DNA from: a virus
IMG/VR virus record: IMGVR_UViG_3300030108_003783
Coordinates: 69,731 to 133,730 of that record
DNA: 64,000 bases
Reading direction: 5' to 3' (one strand)
Made by a program: the position numbers and the translations under genes. The notes below the pieces were generated by a model, which did not search any database, was not told the DNA's origin, and saw nothing but the letters and a program-made list of their open reading frames with translations. Shown here one piece after another: positions 58,859 through 64,000 of this stretch (positions are counted from its first letter, which is position 1; each line of letters begins with the position of its first letter).

Positions 58859-59014
58859 ATGAAAAAGAAATCAAAAGGATTAGGTGATACAATAGAAAAG
58901 ATCACCAAAGCAACTGGAATAAAGAAAATAGTTAAGAAAACAATTGGGAATGATTGTGGTTGTGACGAAAGAAAGCAACTCTTGAACAAAATATTTCCAT
59001 ATAAAGAAAAGTAA
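58859..59014 (+). CDS. Small conserved phage protein (GLGDT..CGC)
   Basis: Manual translation MKKKSKGLGDTIEKITKATGIKK..DCGCDERK..LN..FPY. Confidence 0.7.
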   Translation: MKKKSKGLGDTIEKITKATGIKKIVKKTIGNDCGCDERKQLLNKIFPYKEK

Positions 59015-59027
59015 GTGATATTTATAT

Positions 59028-59312
59028 ATGGCATTTATAGACTGGGATAAAGCTGATTTTAAATGGAATGAACTAGATCAATTTTGGAATTTAGTTCAAG
59101 AGATACTTAGTAAATCTACTGGTGGCGTTGACCCTTTAAAATTAGAAAAATTAGACAAGAAAAAGAAAAAGAAACTAATAAGGTTAATAATGCACATAAA
59201 AGGTGAAAAAATCTATGATGAAGAAAAAGAAGTAAAAAATATTTCTCATAGAATAGAAGATATAACTTTAATAGCAGAGGAGTTAAAAAGAAATGTACAA
59301 ATTATACACTGA
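59028..59312 (+). CDS. Hypothetical protein
   Basis: Directly after late promoter. Confidence 0.65.
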   Translation: MAFIDWDKADFKWNELDQFWNLVQEILSKSTGGVDPLKLEKLDKKKKKKLIRLIMHIKGEKIYDEEKEVKNISHRIEDITLIAEELKRNVQIIH

Positions 59313-59853
59313 TAAAATAGAAAACTTTGAAGCAAAGATACAATTAGAAGGTGCATCGTTAAAAAAGTCCAAAGCAAGATTGGTAATAGAATCAGAAGAC
59401 TTTGATTTAATGTTTAAAGGTACAATTACCGAATCTGGATTAGTTAAAGTACCAGTAAAAAGATTAAGAGGGCTTTTAGATGAAAATACTAAAGGCACAA
59501 TAAAATTAGAAGTAATTGCAGAAGATACATATTTTACACCTTGGGAATCTACGTTTGAAGTAGAAGCAAGTAAAAAAATAACTGTAGAAGTAAGATCACA
59601 AAGATCAAATGTTATAAAAGAATCTAAAGCTAAAGTTGAAGTAATTTCTCAACCAACAATTTCAGAAAAGCAACATGTAGTAAACATATTAAAAATGTTA
59701 ATTAAAGAAAAAATTAATTTTTCTAATTTAAGAATAAAGAAAAATAAATTAAATACAATCATTGCTGAGTATGTTCAAACTAACCCTATCAATGAAAATG
59801 CAAAGGGCACAATAATAGATAAAGTTGTAAAAGTTTTAGAAAAAAGAAAGTAA
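59293..59853 (+). CDS. Hypothetical structural protein
   Basis: LEVIAEDTYFTPW; GAGGAG RBS. Confidence 0.65.
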   Translation: MYKLYTDKIENFEAKIQLEGASLKKSKARLVIESEDFDLMFKGTITESGLVKVPVKRLRGLLDENTKGTIKLEVIAEDTYFTPWESTFEVEASKKITVEVRSQRSNVIKESKAKVEVISQPTISEKQHVVNILKMLIKEKINFSNLRIKKNKLNTIIAEYVQTNPINENAKGTIIDKVVKVLEKRK

Positions 59854-59863
59854 GGGGTTATAG

Positions 59864-62494
59864 ATGGCATTGCCTGATTTAACAAACCAAAAAATAAAAG
59901 ATACTTATCAAAGAGTATTGCAAGTATCTTCGAGTGGAGATATTACTGATGGTACGGGTTCATTGTTTATACCGCCAACTGCTTCTCATGCAATAACGGC
60001 TTTAACAGAGATTACAAAAGAAGTATCTTCTTCTTATTCTGAAACTGCATCAATGGCTTCTAGTAATTTTATAGTTCAAGGTAATATTACAGCCTCAGGT
60101 GATATAAGTTCAAGTGGTACTATATCTTCTAATATATTAGATATTGATAGTGATATACAAGTAGGTGGTGATTTAGTATTCACACAAAACGGTGCTCAAC
60201 AACAACATGTGCGTTTTTCTCAAAATAATGATCAAATTTATTGGGATGGTGATGCAATAATTATAGCTATTGATGATGAAGATCAATATAATTTTAGGAA
60301 TAGCGGTTTAGGTATATCTGGTAATATAACAGCTTCAGGTGATATAAGTTCAAGTGGGATTGTTACAGCATTATCTGGTTCATTTACAAGTTATCAAGGC
60401 AACTTTCTTTCAATAACTTCGGAAGAACAAAAGATAGGCGATCATACTGGTATAGATACGCAAACTCATATTAAACTTAGACAGTCATTAGGAAGGATGG
60501 ATGTTAATTGTTTGAATGGAACTGAGAAAAAAATCGTACTTAGTACTAAAAATCTAATAATTGATGATGAAAATAGTACTAATACCCAAAGAACTAAAAT
60601 TAATGGTAGTATAACATCATCAGGAGATATAAGTTCAAGTGGACTAATTTCTGCAGCAAATTTTCATGTTCCAGGACAAGGAAGAATATCATTTGATAAT
60701 GAAGTCACAGATGATCAATTTATTAAAGGTTTAGATAATTCTATTGTTATAGATGGTGATGATACTATAAGACTTAAAGCAGATAATTATGTTGAATTTG
60801 CAGATGATAGTAATAATGCTAAAGTAAGTATTGATGGTAATAATGGTCATATAACCGCTTCAAGCAATATAAGTTCAAGTGGAAAAATTATTGCAAAGGA
60901 ATTAGATATAGAAGGTAGTAATGTAAAATATGATGCATCTAATAATATATTAAAAATCGCAGATAATATTAAATTGGGAATAGGAACTGGAGTAGCAAAT
61001 ACAGTTGGCGATTTAACTATACAATCAGATGGTGCTAATGTAGACCTTACTGCTAACGCAGGAAACGTATTATTAAATTCCTCTGCAGGTAATACTATTA
61101 TAAAAAATAATTATGCAGGTGGTAATATATTATTACAATCAGATAAAGCTGGTAGTGGACAAGCAGGAGGTGTAGTATTGATATCTGGTTCTAATCCACA
61201 AGTAAGTTTAGATGTAAGAGGGAATATTACAGCCTCAGGGGATATAAGTTCAAGTGGAACTATAACTGCAGAAACTATAATGGGAGCAACTTCCGGTGAT
61301 ATTGGTTTATTAACTATTGGTACTAACGATAGACATCTAAAACTTCAAGGTGGCTACTCTGTCACTTCAACTAATCCAAAAATAACAAGTGATGATGCAT
61401 CTACAATAGAGATTGATAAAGACCTATTATTTTCAGCACAGACAAAGGCTATGTTTGATTCTACGGATACTTATATAGCTGCAGATTCAGATAACCCTGA
61501 AAATTTAGAAATACACGCAGACAATGATATTCAATTAATGGCTGACAGGTCAGTTGATATTTCAAGCAATGTTACAGCTTCGGGTAATATAAGTGCAAGT
61601 GGCAACATAATAGGAGCAACAGGTTCATTTACAGCTATAAGTGCTAGTGGTGGAATTTTCTTAGGTGCTACACCTAATGCTTCTAAACTTTCTTTTACTT
61701 CAATAGCAGATTCTGGTAATAAATCTTATGGAATGTTTCAAGTTGTAGCAGCTAATCATGTAAGATATTGTAGAGGTAGTGGGACAGAAAATTTATTAGA
61801 TCTATTAACAGCTCAAAATGATATTAATCCTGGCACAGCGCAAGGGATAATTCTTTCAGGCTCTTTAAAAATTGTAGATGGACTAAATTATCCAAACACT
61901 GGAAATATAGATGTATCAGGTGGATCAATATCAGCTTCAGCTGCTTTAGTTGATCAATCAATTTCTACTTCAACTGTAATAACAGATAGAATACAGCATC
62001 TACAAGGAATAGGCATAACAGTTGACCATCCAATATCTGCATCATCAGATATAAGCTGCAGTGCTGAATTAATAGCTCATAGAAGATTTGATACACCAGC
62101 AGATAGTCCAGATAATACATTAGGATCTGGTGCAGATATATTGTATCATGGACAAGGTTCAACTATCGCCGGAAGATTATATGTTATGGGAGCATCTAGT
62201 GAATGGGTTTATGCAAATGCAACAGCAGAAGAAACATCAACAGGTTTATTAGGTATTGCAAGAGGTACGAACCCAAATGTCGATGGAATGCTTATTAGAG
62301 GTACTGTTAAATTGTCTCAAGGCGATATTGGTTCTGCTGGAGAAATATTATATGTTGGTGAATCAAATGGTCAAATAACTAACACTAGACCTAGTACTGC
62401 AAATGATATAGTTAGAATAGTTGGTTATGCTTTAGATGATGAATACGGAAAAATATTTTTTGATCCAGATAAAACATTTGTAAAAGTAAGTTAA
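59864..62494 (+). CDS. Tail fibre-like modular protein
   Basis: Six GNITASGDISSSG-type repeats. Confidence 0.7.
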   Translation: MALPDLTNQKIKDTYQRVLQVSSSGDITDGTGSLFIPPTASHAITALTEITKEVSSSYSETASMASSNFIVQGNITASGDISSSGTISSNILDIDSDIQVGGDLVFTQNGAQQQHVRFSQNNDQIYWDGDAIIIAIDDEDQYNFRNSGLGISGNITASGDISSSGIVTALSGSFTSYQGNFLSITSEEQKIGDHTGIDTQTHIKLRQSLGRMDVNCLNGTEKKIVLSTKNLIIDDENSTNTQRTKINGSITSSGDISSSGLISAANFHVPGQGRISFDNEVTDDQFIKGLDNSIVIDGDDTIRLKADNYVEFADDSNNAKVSIDGNNGHITASSNISSSGKIIAKELDIEGSNVKYDASNNILKIADNIKLGIGTGVANTVGDLTIQSDGANVDLTANAGNVLLNSSAGNTIIKNNYAGGNILLQSDKAGSGQAGGVVLISGSNPQVSLDVRGNITASGDISSSGTITAETIMGATSGDIGLLTIGTNDRHLKLQGGYSVTSTNPKITSDDASTIEIDKDLLFSAQTKAMFDSTDTYIAADSDNPENLEIHADNDIQLMADRSVDISSNVTASGNISASGNIIGATGSFTAISASGGIFLGATPNASKLSFTSIADSGNKSYGMFQVVAANHVRYCRGSGTENLLDLLTAQNDINPGTAQGIILSGSLKIVDGLNYPNTGNIDVSGGSISASAALVDQSISTSTVITDRIQHLQGIGITVDHPISASSDISCSAELIAHRRFDTPADSPDNTLGSGADILYHGQGSTIAGRLYVMGASSEWVYANATAEETSTGLLGIARGTNPNVDGMLIRGTVKLSQGDIGSAGEILYVGESNGQITNTRPSTANDIVRIVGYALDDEYGKIFFDPDKTFVKVS
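60080..61602 (+). repeat. 38-nt dispersed direct repeat GGTAATATWACAGCYTCAGGTGATATAAGTTCAAGTGG
   Basis: Copies at 60080, 60320, 60605, 60845, 61220, 61565 and 57313. Confidence 0.85.
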
Positions 62495-62495
62495 T

Positions 62496-62723
62496 ATGAG
62501 TTTTATAAGAGTTACATATAATTTAGGTGTAATATCTAAAGAATCTGATTCAACAGAAATTGCAACTAATCAATCAAAGTACTGGACTACAGACGAAGGA
62601 ATAAATGACACTTTAGGTGTATGGGACGATGTAAATAAAAAATTTATACCAGATGGATGGTATGATGAAGATACAGGATGGCTTTGGCCAAAAGATTTAG
62701 ATTGGAGCAATTACAATGGCTGA
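62496..62723 (+). CDS. Small Trp-rich hypothetical protein
   Basis: ORF packing. Confidence 0.6.
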   Translation: MSFIRVTYNLGVISKESDSTEIATNQSKYWTTDEGINDTLGVWDDVNKKFIPDGWYDEDTGWLWPKDLDWSNYNG

Positions 62724-63426
62724 TACTGGTATACATGGACCCACATCAAACACGGGCATTGCAGGATCTACTAATTTCAGTCAACCGCAAAGAGTTCATG
62801 AAAATGTATCTGGTGCTTCTGCTTCAGGTTTTTCTGGTACAAACAGGGGTCATATATGGAAAGGTATATTTTCAAGCGAAATACCATCGGGGGCTACTGT
62901 AAATGGTTTTGAAATAATATCTACAATATATAATAGCTCTAGGGGAAACATAGGAACATTTGGCTCGACCGGTTCTAGTGAATCTGTAACATTTAATATT
63001 TTCTTATGGAATGGTGTTGATTTAAGTTCGGCAATTCCTTTTCAAAATGTTTCAACTGGGGTAAGTGGTATTTCTCTTGCAAATAGTGATAAAGATGTAA
63101 CTTTTTTAGGTCCGAATAAAAGACACCCAGCATTGCCATCAAGTAACCAAGGTAACGATACAGTTATGGCAGGCACACCAACTGAGACTGGAGGTTTATC
63201 TTGGAATGTTACCGATCAAGCTAATTGGGGCTTTGGTCTAAAAGCTATATCTATAACTAACACTCCTGTATACGGAGCAATTAGAGGAATAGGTTTAAAA
63301 TGTTACTTTACTGCAGCTGGAGGAGCAAGTGGTTATGCTAATGCAGTAATAGGTATAGATGGTTCTGATATAAGTCAAGTTAATCAAGTCGATACTGATT
63401 CAATTGATTCAATAATCGGGGTTTGA
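62716..63426 (+). CDS. Gly/Ser-rich structural protein
   Basis: Beta-rich; context. Confidence 0.6.
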   Translation: MADTGIHGPTSNTGIAGSTNFSQPQRVHENVSGASASGFSGTNRGHIWKGIFSSEIPSGATVNGFEIISTIYNSSRGNIGTFGSTGSSESVTFNIFLWNGVDLSSAIPFQNVSTGVSGISLANSDKDVTFLGPNKRHPALPSSNQGNDTVMAGTPTETGGLSWNVTDQANWGFGLKAISITNTPVYGAIRGIGLKCYFTAAGGASGYANAVIGIDGSDISQVNQVDTDSIDSIIGV

Positions 63427-63442
63427 TTGATATTTATTATAT

Positions 63443-64000
63443 ATGATAAAATTGAAAGAAATATTAAAAGAAGGAGTATACGACCCAGGTATATTTAAAG
63501 CAGTTTTCACTGCTGGTGGCCCTGGAAGTGGAAAATCATATACAGCTTCAACTTTATTTGGTATGCCAGAAAAAATGCCTTATGTTTCTGCACAAGGCCT
63601 TAAAGGGGTAAATTCAGATTCAGCATTTGAAACGTATTTAGATCAAGCTGGTTTATCTCACGATGTAAAATCTTTAAACCCAGATGAATATGCAAAAGCA
63701 ATGGAATTAAGAAATCAAGCAAAACGTGTAACTGTAAAAAGAATGCACGGTTATATAAATGGAAAGCTTGGTATGTTAATAGATGGTACAGGTAAGAATT
63801 ACGATAAAATTGCAAACATGAAAAAGCAATTACAAAAACATGGATACGATTGTTATATGATATTTGTAAATACAGACTTAGATGTTGCTTTAGAAAGAAA
63901 TAATAAAAGACCAAGAAAGTTACCAGAAGATATGGTTAAAAAATCTTGGCAAGCAGTACAAAATAACATGGGAAAATTTCAAACTCTATTTGGAGCAAAT
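63443..64000 (+). CDS. P-loop kinase (zeta-toxin/AAA_33-like) with MIKLKEILKE leader (3' partial)
   Basis: Manual translation: KAVFTAGGPGSGKS, VNSD, LIDGTG, FVNTDLDVALERN..R.R. Confidence 0.8.
   Translation, partial: MIKLKEILKEGVYDPGIFKAVFTAGGPGSGKSYTASTLFGMPEKMPYVSAQGLKGVNSDSAFETYLDQAGLSHDVKSLNPDEYAKAMELRNQAKRVTVKRMHGYINGKLGMLIDGTGKNYDKIANMKKQLQKHGYDCYMIFVNTDLDVALERNNKRPRKLPEDMVKKSWQAVQNNMGKFQTLFGAN

Noticed and set aside
50922-62494. Diversity-generating retroelement TR/VR in fibre genes
   Set aside because: Repeats (35-aa duplication near 51.4-51.6 kb, QANAITANTAK, GNITASG) are in-frame, differences are not adenine-specific, and no reverse transcriptase is seen
114-63914. All minus-strand ORFs and nested alternate-frame plus ORFs in the track
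   Set aside because: Short shadows of longer + strand genes, with no motifs, RBS or promoters
1-64000. Stop-codon reassignment as in some Bacteroidota phages
   Set aside because: Long genes are intact under code 11 and TAG/TGA end genes at normal junctions
1-64000. Host chromosome or prophage
   Set aside because: No housekeeping operons or lysogeny module; T4-like baseplate, sigma and replication genes indicate a large lytic phage

Overview
AT-rich, densely coding segment of a large lytic myovirus-like (T4-superfamily-like) phage genome. Essentially all genes lie on the + strand and use the standard code. The host is inferred to be Bacteroidota/FCB from a T9SS C-terminal sorting domain, TTTG-N20-TATATTTA (-33/-7 type) promoters, a DUF4494-like gene and a GGC-resume tmRNA tag. 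Layout: envelope/lysis-like cassette (1-3.1 kb); a cluster of basic proteins sharing an MIKLKxLLxE-type leader (3.1-7.9 kb); an early/accessory region with repeated operator+promoter units, vWA and MoxR AAA partners, Hsp20, dCMP deaminase, a SET-domain protein, DNA ligase and tRNA-Arg (8.4-22 kb); a circularly permuted tmRNA, lysozyme-like and HD proteins, a gp55-like sigma factor and an OM beta-barrel (22-29 kb); baseplate/tail genes (29.6-44 kb); primase and fused Mre11-Rad50 (44.7-48.8 kb); tail-fibre-like genes (48.8-63.4 kb). Most notable: the two-piece tmRNA apparently lacking pk1; a candidate capsid-targeting leader/polyprotein cargo system; an early(no SD)/late(AGGAG) split in translation signals; two genes whose 5' and 3' UTRs base-pair across the CDS; and helically phased operators at early promoters. 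All product calls come from motif recognition by eye, with no database searches.
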